Assembly (NCBI RefSeq): GCF_964188315.1
Contig: NC_135673.1
Span: forward strand, 32,736,001-32,800,000
Direction: 5' to 3'
Length of the DNA stretch: 64,000 nt
DNA from: Podarcis muralis
Lineage: Eukaryota
Both the position numbers and the translations under genes were made by a program. The notes beneath the pieces were generated by a model. The model saw nothing but the letters and a program-made list of their open reading frames with translations, made no database searches and was not told the DNA's origin. The stretch's first letter is position 1. Each line of letters begins with the position of its first letter. Shown here in pieces: positions 1 through 11,430 of this stretch.

Positions 1-198
1 CAAAATACAGAATTTTCCTAGGTGACCCCAAAAACGTCTCTTCCTTCCTTATAACCCAAAACAGAAGAGCTCCATCATAGCCTCCACTACAGCATTTATT
101 TCTGAACCAGCACACATTGTAAAAATAACACTATTCAAAGATACTTTGGTGGTGGTGGGAAGGATACAAAGTCTGTCTGTCTTGAAGCACTCTCTCAC

Positions 199-228
199 CT
201 GCTGTGCTCTGGGAGGCAGCATCTGCTT
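199..228 (-). CDS. AIFM1: Candidate 30-nt in-frame AIFM1 exon (EADAASQSTA)
   Basis: Acceptor atctcctctctttccag, donor CAG|GTGAGA, symmetric phase 1-1, no stop; no transcript evidence available. Confidence 0.55.
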
Positions 229-653
229 CTGGAAAGAGAGGAGATGCAATTTGGAAAGCTGCCCTGTGCAGGTAGGCAGAATGCAACTTCACATCACACG
301 CAGATCAGGCCAACATGCTAATTTGATGGGGATGTCTGCTGCAGCTAACAGGATAGGGTCGTATTTGCTCAGAATCTTACTGCTAAAGGCCTATTTTCCC
401 TCTGTTGACAGCTCCATTTCCTTACATGATGGTAAAACCTTTTTAAACAGCGAACCTCATTTGAACTCTCTTCTTTGCAGATCCCAGCTTGCAAACCAAC
501 ATTTTATATCAGGGACCTGCTTTGACTCCTATCAGCCCCAGCCAGCATGGACAGCTGTCAGGAGTGATGAGAGCTTGAGCTCAACAACATCTGGAGGTGT
601 TACACATCCCTCTTCTAAAGGTTGAGGCAATCCTGATAAAGCTAGATACATAC

Positions 654-747
654 CTGACAGGGGTTTTGCATCCTGCTCGGGGCGCTGATCCATTGTTGCA
701 ATGCGCTCATTATACCGCTTTTGATCTTCTCTTAATGTCTTGTACGC
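654..747 (-). CDS. AIFM1: AIFM1 exon 3
   Basis: 94 nt; AYKTLREDQKRYNERIATMDQRPEQDAKPLS(G); acceptor tctag, donor GTATGT; phase 0 to 1. Confidence 0.93.
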
Positions 748-1968
748 CTAGACAACCAAACAGGTGACAATTTTGACATACATTTGGTTTATCTTTGCAT
801 TTACTGTTAGCTGAGCAATTGGCTTTTGTCCACCCGGCACACTCAGGAAAAGTGGCTTCATTCCAAGGAAGTAAAGCAAAAAAAGGGAAGTGTCTGCCTC
901 CCCAGGGGAGGGCAGTGGGAACACATTTTGTACAAAGATTGTGGGCTTGAAATGCAAGGGGTAATTTGAGAGTCCCCTTTTGCAGATGGGAGAGAATTTC
1001 TGCAACTCCAAGTGAAGGTTGCTACAGAGCACTGGCCAGGCTTAGATTCAGCAAACATATAAAGGTGCAGACAACTGGAAAACCTGATCCATGGATCAGC
1101 AGCTACTGGGCTCAGGGGCCAAATCCAAATGTTGCTCTCTTAAGGCAGCATCAATGCAGGGGCAAGACAGCTGTGGGATGGGGGAAGCAGTGGCTGTGGT
1201 CTTGAGAGGCTAGATAAGTCTCAGCAGGCTAGTCGTACACAAATGTTGCCTCTAGTGAAAGTCGCTGTCGACTGGAGTTATATTGCTGAGAAATAAGTTG
1301 GTTCAAAGTGTGCCCGTGGACTATTTCTTCCCCTCTCAACAAAAAGTAAATAAATAAAACCATGTATAGTTCCCCAAAGGGGGTCTGAAAAAGTAACAGG
1401 ATACCCCAAATCCATGCAAAAAGTGAATTAAAGCATCTATTAGCAAGAAGCAGAAATCACACAAATATGAGGAAGAAGTGGGGGAGAAAGGAAAGTTAGC
1501 AATTGCTAAAAATGAAAAAGTGTGCAAGGTTCTTCTTAAACAGGAACAAAATTGTGTAAGATAAAAGAATAATGATGGAGAGACAGAGAGAGATAGACAG
1601 AGAGAGAATCAACATCCATCAACAAAGAAGCTGAGCCTTCAAAGACAGCAGGAGCAAAGACAAGCATTTGATTTATCACAACCAGAAACATGAACTCCAA
1701 AGTCAGCCTTCCCCAACCTGACACTCTCTAGATGTTTATTTGGACTCCCACTAGGCCAAGCCAACATGGCTGAAGGTCAGTGCTGATGGGAGTTGTAGTG
1801 CAACAACTACTAGAGAGCACCAGGTTGGAGAAGGCTACAGTAAAGCTCGATTTTATAGAAAGATTAGGCTGTGAACATTTAAGACTGCCAGCATGAAATG
1901 GCAACCTTCAGTTATGTCATGCACCACCCACCAGCCCCGGCAACCAAACTCAATGGAAAGCAGCTTAC

Positions 1969-2096
1969 ATAAGCGCCTGCCCCCGTAACTGCTCCTCCTA
2001 CAATTAAGAAGTACATTAGGTTGCTGCTGCCCTTGCCAGGAGCACCTGGAGATGTTAGCGATCTAGAAGGGGGTCTGAGATGCAGGCACTGCAAAA
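1969..2096 (-). CDS. AIFM1: AIFM1 exon 2b (AIF2 form; mutually exclusive with 2a)
   Basis: 128 nt; (V)LQCLHLRPPSRSLTSPGAPGKGSSNLMYFLIVGGAVTGAGAY resembles human exon 2b; long pyrimidine tract plus acag acceptor, donor GTAAGC; phase 1 to 0. Confidence 0.9.
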
Positions 2097-4452
2097 CTGT
2101 AAAAGGAGACAGGGAGGAAAGAGAAGAGGGAAAGGAAGCAGAGAGCTCTGAGTATGAAATTAGGACACTGGATTATACAGATCTTGGGGTGAGCAAGGAC
2201 TGTGTCAAAACCAGTATGCTAAAAGACAGAAGGTGCTCATTCATAGTAAAGAAAAGGGCTCTTTTCATCCCTGATTCATTGTAGATTTAGCTTTGACCAT
2301 GAAAAGAAGCAGCCTTGTTCAAGAACAGCCACTGCCTTCCCCTCCTGCAGCTGAGGCATGTGAGAAGGTGAGGTCTGCATATAACATCTGCTATTTCATG
2401 AAATTATTCTGCAGAAGAGAATGCTAAAGCAGGTGTTTGTCTTACTCCCAGATGCCACAATTATTCCCCATTACCACCAGCAGTTGCAAAGGTTCTGCTG
2501 CTTCTTTGGATTGGGTCCTAAACATTTTGACATGATGGTGATGATGTATGAAGTGGCAACATTGCACAAGAGGTACACACTATTCCAAAGGTCCTTTCCT
2601 ATCATTCAAAATAAATGAGAGGCACACTCTGAATCTCCATCTAGTAGCTTTCTGAGATTATTCACATCTCTCTGTTCAAGGAACCCAGCATAATGTCTTA
2701 AGGTGGCAGGTAACTGTACATTTGCACAATGCACTAGATTTACCCATGTCTCCACCAAAACAGGTTTCAAACTGCCCACCCCATACTGTTTTTTTAGAAG
2801 AGGAAGCACATGCAAAGAGTAGAGTGTGTGCTTTGCATACACAAGTCTCCAGTTCAATTGCTGGCACCTACACTTTAAAAAAAGTATCGGGAAGTAGGTC
2901 ATGGGAGATATCTCAGCCCCAAACCCTGGAAAATTGTCACCATTCAGTTGCCAAAACAATGGGCAGCTCAATGGCCTCTCTTCATTTACAACATCAGTTA
3001 TTAGCTCCTTTGAAGAGTGTTTTAGGCTGTCCCCAGCAGTTTCCTTTTAGAAAATGATTTTGGTGTGTTCCACGGGCAGATCCTCTGAATCGTTTGGGAA
3101 GCATCTGATGCTGCATAAGTGGTCAAGCTAAGAAGGGTTAGACTTGGCCAGTCCCTGGGATCAGAGACCACTGGGAACCTCAGGTTAAAAGTAGCTAGTA
3201 TAATAAATATTGCTTAGAACAATATCTTTATATATTGTTTTGTTGTTTAGAAAACCTAATGCTTTAATTGTAAGCTATGCTTTATATAGGCAAAGTCCAA
3301 CGCAAAAGCTTTCCTAGTAAAAGGGTTTCAACAAAGAGACAATGGATGACTGGTAATAAATAGTCAGACTAGTAATAGACTGTGACTTGGCAATGGCCCT
3401 GGACAGATCAACTTCTTGTCTGACCTAGTAAATATTTCTTACCCCCATTCTCCCTAGTACCACAGTTCCTGGCAGCTACTCCCAAATCAGCACAAGTCCA
3501 AAATAGCTGGTCAGTAGTGGCATCAGTGGCTGATGCAGGATTTCACCGGGGTTGGTGGCAAGAAGAAGAGACACTGAATAATAGCAGCTTTTCTATTTTA
3601 AAAGGGTCTCCAGTGGGCCATGGAAAGCTTGCTGAGATAGAGCAGCATCAAAGCAAGACAAATGAGCCAAAAACTAAGAACATATTGCACAAACGCAATC
3701 AAAGCATCCTGCAGATCCCGACTGCTTAAAGACTCAGGGGTTTCGATTCTCAGAGAACAGACAAACCAATTGTTCTGCTATCAGGTTCATGCATCAGGCT
3801 CATGTACCCATTCTTTCCCCAAAATTTTCCAGTGATGGCCTGGAATCTTGGTTTGAAATGGATTTCCAAATCTGTTTTGTAGGCAAACCATAGTTTGATC
3901 GAGTTGAACATAACAGCCACCCATGGTATACTCAAACCAGGAAGGGAATCAGTGTGCAAGGAGTGCAACAAGTCTAAGGTCTGATCCTGGTGACCAAACC
4001 ATAATTTAAGAACGAAGCCAAGGTTCCTTTTTTGCCCTCGGTTAAGTCCTGCTATTTAAGAATCTGATTTTAAACAATAATTCATAACTGACCTTCTTTT
4101 GAAAAAAGGGTATCGTGGGAGGAAAATCCTTAAACCAAATTTGCATATACCCAATCTCCAGGAATACCAGAATACCAAATCTGCAAGTTTCCTCGGAGAC
4201 TAAAACAATGGCTTTGTCTACTGCTAATGTCATAAGCTATGGCATTTACAGCATTATATTATGTGTCTGGAAAGCAGCAATAAACAGAACTCTCAGGCTA
4301 AGCAAGTGTATCAGCCTGTGTTTAGGGACTAGCTCAGTGTATGATGCAATAATTGCTAAAAAAAACCTCTCCTTTACAAAAAAATATCAGAATTCTTCCA
4401 ACCAGTAAGAATAAACATAGAATTTCAATCTAGTTTCTGTACAAACTCAATA

Positions 4453-4675
4453 AAGTGGTTCCTTGGTTCCCGAATGGCTTGGCTCCCAAACGCTGCAAAC
4501 CCACAAGTGTTCCAGTTTGCGAATGTTTTCTGGAAGCTGAACATCTGTTTCAGCTGTTGGCATTGTTTCTGGGGCCAATCAGCCCCAGATTAGAAGCAGT
4601 GCCTTGGTTTGCAAATGTTTTAGAAGTCAAACGGACTTCCAGAACGGATTAAGTTCAAGAACTAAGGTACCACTG
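4453..4675. mobile_element. Tc1/mariner-type MITE
   Basis: Imperfect TIRs (a/c)agtggt(t/a)cct...aggtaccactg flanked by TA. Confidence 0.65.
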
Positions 4676-4939
4676 TATAGCAGACAAAGTAGCCATTTGT
4701 TTGTGGATATATAGTGTTTGCCCTTCTGGTGAGATAACTGAAACAATGAGAGAAAAGGTTAACTTTTGAGCCAGGCTTAACTTTGCTCCTGTGAGATTTT
4801 TCAGACGGAGAAGGGAAGCACAGAAACAGAGATGAGAAGCAGGAAGAGCAGAAACCAAAGGAGAGCTTAGAAGAGAAATGACCACCGTGTAGCAGGAGAC
4901 ATCTTGCTCTTTTCTTGACCATCAGGCCTTTCTACTTAC

Positions 4940-5082
4940 ATAGGCCCCTGCTCCTAAGGCGGATAAGCCCACAAGAAAGGCAAAGACAGTATTTTCGCCT
5001 TTGCCTCCCGGAACACCAGAACTAGTCATTTGTCTGCTCAGCTGAACTTCTAAGGGAACTTTCCATCGCTGAAAGAAGTTGC
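4940..5082 (-). CDS. AIFM1: AIFM1 exon 2a (AIF1 form; transmembrane segment)
   Basis: 143 nt; (G)[47 protein letters not shown]; acceptor tttccag, donor GTAAGT; phase 1 to 0. Confidence 0.93.
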
Positions 5083-5718
5083 CTGGAAACACAATTTGTT
5101 AGGAGGGAGAATAGTCAACAGTGTACCTTAATACACTAGCTAAGTTATAAATTGACAGTTGAGCAATCTACTTGTTTCACAGCCAGTGCTACATTGGTAC
5201 TAAAATTATTTCACTGAGACATCCCAAAAGATAAAAATTGAGCTGTTTACCCTCTAATGCAAAGCACGAAGGTGGGCCTCGGATTTAAAATAAGAGGCTC
5301 AAGGTGGCTCACAACAAGGTTCCTCCCCTCCTCCCCCCATCTCTATATTCACAATCACTTTGCAATGAAGGTTAAGTTGAGAGACAAGAGCCACATTAAC
5401 ACATAATAGATATTCTGGTTTACCGTGGTTTATTGTGAATGTGAAATAGGCTGGTACACATGCTGTCCCATCACTCCCACTTTAGTCTTCCCCGGGGCAA
5501 ACAGGATAAGCAAACCACAAAACCTTGGTTCCCTTTTATGTCTGAACCAAGAATCATGGTTTGTAGCTCCCTAAGAGGCCATGATCTCCAAGCCATGCCT
5601 TCAGGTTGGCTAGCAATCATGGCTTGTTAGGAAGCAACAAAGAGCAATTGCTTCAACACCTGTACTTTGAAACTCCCTGCTTATTGCTATTAGGCAGGCA
5701 CCATCACTATAATCTTTT

Positions 5719-5958
5719 TTTTTTTAAAGATATTTATTCAAATTTTACAAAAAAAGAAAACATAAGTTTACAAAATAGAGAAAATTATAACAGCAATTAA
5801 CAAACTAAAATTTTAACAACAATTAACAAACTAAAAACCACACACATAGAAAAAAGAATAAAAAGGGTACAAAATACAAAAAAAAGCAGGCAGCTGAAAA
5901 AAAATTAAAAAGAGAAAAAAAATATCCATTTTTCAATATCTTTGGACTCATTTACTTA
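5719..5958 (-). mobile_element. Severely 5'-truncated retroposed insert (LINE 3'UTR-like) with poly(A) and 17-bp TSD
   Basis: TSD catcactataatctttt at 5702-5718 and 5959-5975; AATAAA and A-tail on minus strand. Confidence 0.7.
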
Positions 5959-8097
5959 CATCACTATAATCTTTTAGATGCTTGCTGAAAACTTTTTGTT
6001 TCAATCTTATACCTATCATATGCAATCCTGTATATTAGCAATGCGTATATTAGCCACACTCAGTGATACTTCCTCCCAGGCAAGTGTGCAATGGTTCTTG
6101 GTCAAATTCAGTTGGCAACTGGGTTCAGCAGAATACACTCAAAGGTACCAATAGTAATCTACACCATTGGCAACTGAGGCCACAACTTAGAACCATAGCA
6201 AGCTCTGAGGCCACAGCCAAGAACTAAGTTTAACACTGACTAAAAGCATTGATTGACAACTTGGCATTCCATTCCTGTCCACAGGCAAGTGGACTGATTT
6301 CCAAAATCAAGAGTAACTGTTCATAAGCACCCATTAACTTCTCCCTGTTACTAAGTCCCCTAGAATTACAAACCTGCAATAATTTTTACTTACCTGCTTT
6401 GCACTCATAAGGGACATTGCTCTTGTGAGTAAAATACAGACTGGTTTATTTGTTTAAAGGAGGCTTAAAAGTGCAGCAAACATGTGAAGGAGTGGCAGAG
6501 AGCACTCTGTCCCTCCTTCATCAGCTTGCTAATTTGCCTATGTGGAATTCCAGATCCAATACAAGACTGCTTCAGCTGTGATTTGACACCTTCAATGACA
6601 TAGTAAAGGTTAAGTAAATGGGAGTCTGTTTTCCCCATCATGCCTACTACAATTTAGTCACATGAGTCTTGCAGCCCAAGTCTATGCAGAGCTAAGGTAT
6701 TCCTAAGCTCACTGAAATCATTGACTTTAAGCACCATTAATGTGTACAGAATCAGACTTGTTAGAGATGCAGAGAGCTAAGCTTTAAATATTCCAGCATC
6801 CCCACTCACTTCTTTCTTCATTACTATAACTGCATTTTACTTGAAAACAAAAGAAGCTACAACTAACACACATTCCATTCCTCAGCGATCAACAGGGAAA
6901 TTGCACCAAAATGATTTGAGACTTATTTCCAAGCAAACACATTTATAATTGACCAGGGAGAAATATAGGCTTACGTTCTTGATTTCAGAAATGAGATCAT
7001 TTTAGGAATTCAACAGCCAAATATCTACACTGACCAATTAGTTAGATGTATGAACACGTCAAGTGCTGGGCTCTTCTTGAAATCTTTCATTTGATTAACC
7101 AACACCAGGAGGGTGTGTTGACTCTAGGCACTGTACTTTGATATTTGCCCATTTAGGTTTACCAAATTCTCTTCTCTGGCCTCTTAATACCATCCTAACT
7201 TTAATCCTAACAAAGATGTAAATAAATAAATAAATAAATAAATGTTCTCCAAAAATGTAGGCTATTAACATATGGGTGCCAACAAAGGCTTTTTAGGAGG
7301 TAAGCAAAGGATGACACAACAGTAATAATTGGTTGCAAGACCAATAACTCTACCTTTTAGGATAGGAAAGTGAGTTCCATTCACTTGGAAAGATCTGGAA
7401 TTGTTGTGCTTGGCATCCATCTATCTCAAGAGACAATGGTGTGTCCCTCCCGGAGTGAACTGGGTATCTACATATCTGTACTTTACACATGTTTATTACT
7501 TAATTAATAAGCCCCACTGAAATCAACAAGGATAACTTCCAGGTAGACCTGCTTGGGAATAATACGTTGGTTCTCGTTTTTTTTTCCCCTTTAAGAGCTT
7601 TGGGGGAGACTTCGCATGCACATCAACCTTTGCAGAAGTATAGCGTCATAACGACCCATAAACTTCCTTGGAATAAAGCGTCAGTTTCGCATTGCCTTTG
7701 TGTATTATGCGGTACCTCGGGGTTTTTCTTTGTTTTTGGTTAGCTGGCAACTCCATCCTAAATAGCTCTCCTTGGCCCACCCCCACCCCGAGAATCAAAG
7801 CAGGTGGAACTGATTTCCTTATGTAGGCATCTGGAACGAATGAAGCAATTTCGTAACTAGAAGTTGTGAACATGTTACCTACGTTCAGAATTAGCGGGTG
7901 TGTGTGTCTTTAATGTACCCTAAAAACAAAGACACGTCATTTATGGCAATCGCACTGCAGCAAAGTAAGCACTGAACCCATTTTCCCGAAGGGGAGACTG
8001 AGGGACTTCTGGAAAGACCTTCTGGAGATTCGCACCCCCCCCACCCCACCTGTCCTGCCTTCCCCTTTCAGGCCACGCCGGCGAAACCCCCGCTCAC

Positions 8098-8170
8098 CTG
8101 TCCCCGCACGGCCCCGTGACCTTGGGCCCATCGCCCGCACTAGCCTGGTAGCCACGCGGCAGCGGAACAT
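8098..8170 (-). CDS. AIFM1: AIFM1 coding exon 1 (mitochondrial presequence)
   Basis: ATG at 8170, [24 protein letters not shown]; donor CAG|GTGAG, phase 1. Confidence 0.9.
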
Positions 8171-8390
8171 GATGTCGGCGGCAACGGGCACCGACCCGAT
8201 TCTGGTCCGATCCCGGTCTCCACCTCTACTGACAGAAAGACGCCCGCGGAACGCCGGTCTCCCTGCGCACGCGTGTTCCCTGTCAGCGCGCGCTGCCGCT
8301 CTAGGAACGGGGGCGCTGCGACTCTACGGCCAGGGGGAGGGGCGCCTGGGAAGGGGCGTGGCCTCCTTGTCCTCCCCGCGTGCGGCGGTC

Positions 8391-8637
8391 ATGCTGCTGC
8401 TGCTGCTCCGCTCCCTCGCCGCGCGCCGCCTGCTCCGCGCTGCTGTCCTCCCCGGGCAGGGTTCGCGGAGAGGCTGCCACGCCTCGGACCGGAGCGGACG
8501 GCCGCTGCTGCTCACCACGCCCATCTTCTACGCGAACGGCCCGCCGCACATCGGGCACCTGTACTCTGCGCTGCTGGCTGATGCGCTGCACCGGCACCGG
8601 GAGCTGCAGGGCCGCGGAAGAGGGCGCTTTACCACGG
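8391..8637 (+). CDS. MARS2: MARS2 exon 1
   Basis: [13 protein letters not shown]...[23 protein letters not shown]...RFTT(G); donor G|GTCAGT, phase 1. Confidence 0.92.
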
Positions 8638-9392
8638 GTCAGTGAGAGGACTGGCAAAGGGGGTTGTGTGAATGGGTGGTGGGTTTTCTTCTAGTGTCAA
8701 AGGCTGCTAGATGCTGCTGATCTGTGGAGGTTTTTCCTTGAGCGTTCTTTAAAGCGGTTGTTGTTGTTGTGTTCGTCTGCCTTGTGCGGAGAAGGCAGTC
8801 CCACAAGCTTACAAACTTTTCTGCGGGGAGATGGGTAAATAGCAGGATAAAGTTTCAGTGAAGCACGTGTGCATGCAAGTGTGCGGAACCAGCCAACTCG
8901 CGAGGCAGTCGCTTTGTGGGAAGGATCCACAGGGGCAGCAGATCCGGGCCCCCAGACAGTAATGCATCACCTGCTGCTGCAGTGGCAGCAACAACCTTGA
9001 CACACTCCTTACCCACCCACCTAGCTGCCAGATGCTCTTGGGCTGCAGCTCTCATTAGTCTCAGCCAGAATTGCCAGCAGTGGTGATAGATGGATGCTGT
9101 AGTCCATCAACATATTTGGGGGGGGGGGTTCTTTTTCCTTTAATATAACCAGTTTTCTCCATTTTCCAGCCCTAAGAACATCAGATCAGCTGGATCACAT
9201 TAGAAGTCTGTCTAGCGCAGCCTTCCAACCTTGGCTACCCAGATGTTGGTTAGCTGCAGTTCCCATCATCCTTGATCATTGGTCAGGCTGCCTGGGGATG
9301 ATGAGAGTTGTAGCCCAACAACATCTGGAGGCCCGCAGATACCAGGTCTGTTGGATTCTTAATTCTTTGCACTCTCCTGTTTCTCTGCACAG

Positions 9393-9727
9393 GAACTGAT
9401 GAACATGGTCTGAAGATCCAGGTGACAGCAGCGGCTGCAGGCAGTTCCCCTGAACCGTTCTGTGACTGTATGTCAGCTAAATTCCAAGAACTCTTCAACC
9501 AGGCAGGCATCTCTTATACAGACTTCATCCGTACCACAGAACCTCGGCACAAACGGGCTGTAGAGCACTTCTGGGCTGCTCTGCAGGACCAGGGCTGGCT
9601 CTACCAGGCCCACTATGAAGGCTGGTACTGTACTGCTGAAGAAACCTTCTTGGCTGCTTCCCAGGTCACTGAGCGTCCTGATGCTCATGGCAACAGGCAC
9701 ATGGTCTCGCTTGAGAGTGGCCACCAG
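9393..9727 (+). CDS. MARS2: MARS2 exon 2
   Basis: Acceptor ctctgcacag; (G)TDEHGLKIQ...DFIRTTE...YEGWYC...SLESGHQ; donor CAG|GTAATG, phase 0. Confidence 0.95.
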
Positions 9728-10096
9728 GTAATGAAAAGCACCTCTGTATGAGTTCCCCTCTGTGTCTTTTCAGTTGTGATAGGGAAGCCCTGTTTTGTAG
9801 GGTGCCATCACTCGGGGAAGTATCTTTTGGGATTTGCAGCAGAGTCTGCTTTAGGATGGCCCCTATGATCTCATGCAACACATCTCAACAAGCATTTGGG
9901 GCAAATAGGAAGCACACAAATGCAGTTATATTTTAGAAACACTTTTCATCTTACCTCTGCCTTGGCTTTAAGCAAGAAAGGCTTCAGTGATACTTCTGAA
10001 ATTTAATTATTTATTCACCATAAATATTCCCAGGTTGATTCACATAAGAATAAAACAAATACTATTAAAAAATTGAAAGGAAGATTGAGAGCAGTG

Positions 10097-10460
10097 CGGG
10101 ACGCGGGTGGCGCTGTGGGTAAAAGCCTCAGCGCCTAGGGCTTGCTGATCGAAAGGTCAGCGGTTCGAATCCCCGTGGCGGGGTGCGCTCCCGTTGCTCA
10201 GTCCCAGCACCTGCCAACCTAGCAGTTCGAAAGCACTCCCGGGTGCAAGTAGATAAATAGGGACCGCTTACTGTCGGGAAGGTAAACGGCGTTTCCGTGT
10301 GCTGCGCTGGCTCGCCAGATGCAGCTTTGTCACGCTGGCCACGTGACCCGGAAGTGTCTCCGGACAGCGCTGGCCCTCGGCCTCTTAAGTGAGATGAGCG
10401 CACAACCCTAGAGTCTGTCAAGACTGGCCCGTACGGGCAGGGGTACCTTTACCTTTACCT
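10097..10460 (+). mobile_element. Sauria SINE, subtype A, full length
   Basis: tRNA-like head with B box GGTTCGAATCC, (ACCTTT)n tail, 34-bp TSD. Confidence 0.9.
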
Positions 10461-11430
10461 TATTAAAAAATTGAAAGGAAGATTGAGAGCAGTGGATTAG
10501 TAACCGTAAACAATTAAATTGTTTCAGTTTTCAGAGTTAGAAGCTGGTGGGTGGGTGTTAAAGAAATATATTTCCATGGTGCTGAAAACTTAGCAAAGTA
10601 GGTATCAGGTGGCCCTCCTTTGGTACAGCATTTCAGAGACACACGGCATGTCACAAAGTGAGAAGACCCTGGCTACATTCACACCATACATTTAAACACC
10701 TTTCCCCTACAATCCTGAGAACTGTCTTTTATTAAGGGTGCTGGGAACTGTACCTCTGTGAGGGATAAACTACAGTTCTGAGGATTCTTATTTGGGGAAC
10801 AGGTGTGATTTAAATGTGCTTGAAATGTATGTTGGGTACACAGCCCCTCTCTCCATACCTCACCCCCTAACTTTGATGTTTGAGGAAGGCATCTGATGAT
10901 GACCTCAGCACATTGGCAGACTGATGTGAAATCTCAAGTCCATAGTCATTGCTTTGATTTCCCCCCCTCCAACCTTTGATTATTATATTTGAACTCCCCT
11001 TTTTTCATCCTGCTAAGAAATCCTCCTCTGCCCCTTCCGTTTCATGCAGTAGCAAGAACACAGTCACATTGACTTTACTGCATGGCTGATTCCCAAATGA
11101 CTGCAGACACCACGAGGTTATGTAGTGTCACCAAGCAATGCTGCATCTTGCAAAATCACTCCAGAAGTGCTTCTGTCCAGCCATTCAATTGCAAGCACAC
11201 AAACCTTCTGTGTGAGTGAGGGAGGCTGAATGATGAGAAGTGATTGCTATGTGAGTCGTGGCTTAGAAATTTGGCTCCTTTTTCTATAATGTGTCTCTGG
11301 CATAGGAAGGGGCATTGGGAAAATGCAAATGTCTCTTGCAACATTGGTACACACAATCTCAAGCTTTTTTTACAGGTGGAATTATAGCAGAAATGACTGA
11401 GCAATTAAGTCAGGGTATGAGGCCAATTAA

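Larger units (their letters stand above)
199..8170 (-). other. AIFM1: AIFM1 gene, 5' part (coding exons 8098-8170, 4940-5082 or 1969-2096, 654-747, candidate 199-228); continues beyond window start
   Basis: Spliced translation MFRC...[23 protein letters not shown]...GAGAY-AYKTLREDQKRYNERI matches the AIF N-terminus; all introns GT-AG with compatible phases. Confidence 0.95.
8000..8700. promoter_or_regulatory. CpG island / bidirectional promoter of AIFM1 and MARS2
   Basis: GC- and CpG-rich; divergent ATGs at 8170 (-) and 8391 (+); NRF1-like TGCGCACGCGTG at 8264-8275. Confidence 0.8.

Noticed and set aside
10097-10175. tRNA-like sequences with A/B boxes (here and at every SINE head, also 31770-31840 and 49860-49930)
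   Set aside because: They are heads of SINEs continuing into SINE bodies and tails, with broken stems; not tRNA genes.
10361-10372. GGACAGCGCT in subtype A SINEs resembles the REST right half-site
   Set aside because: The left half-site (TTCAGCACC) is absent at canonical spacing.
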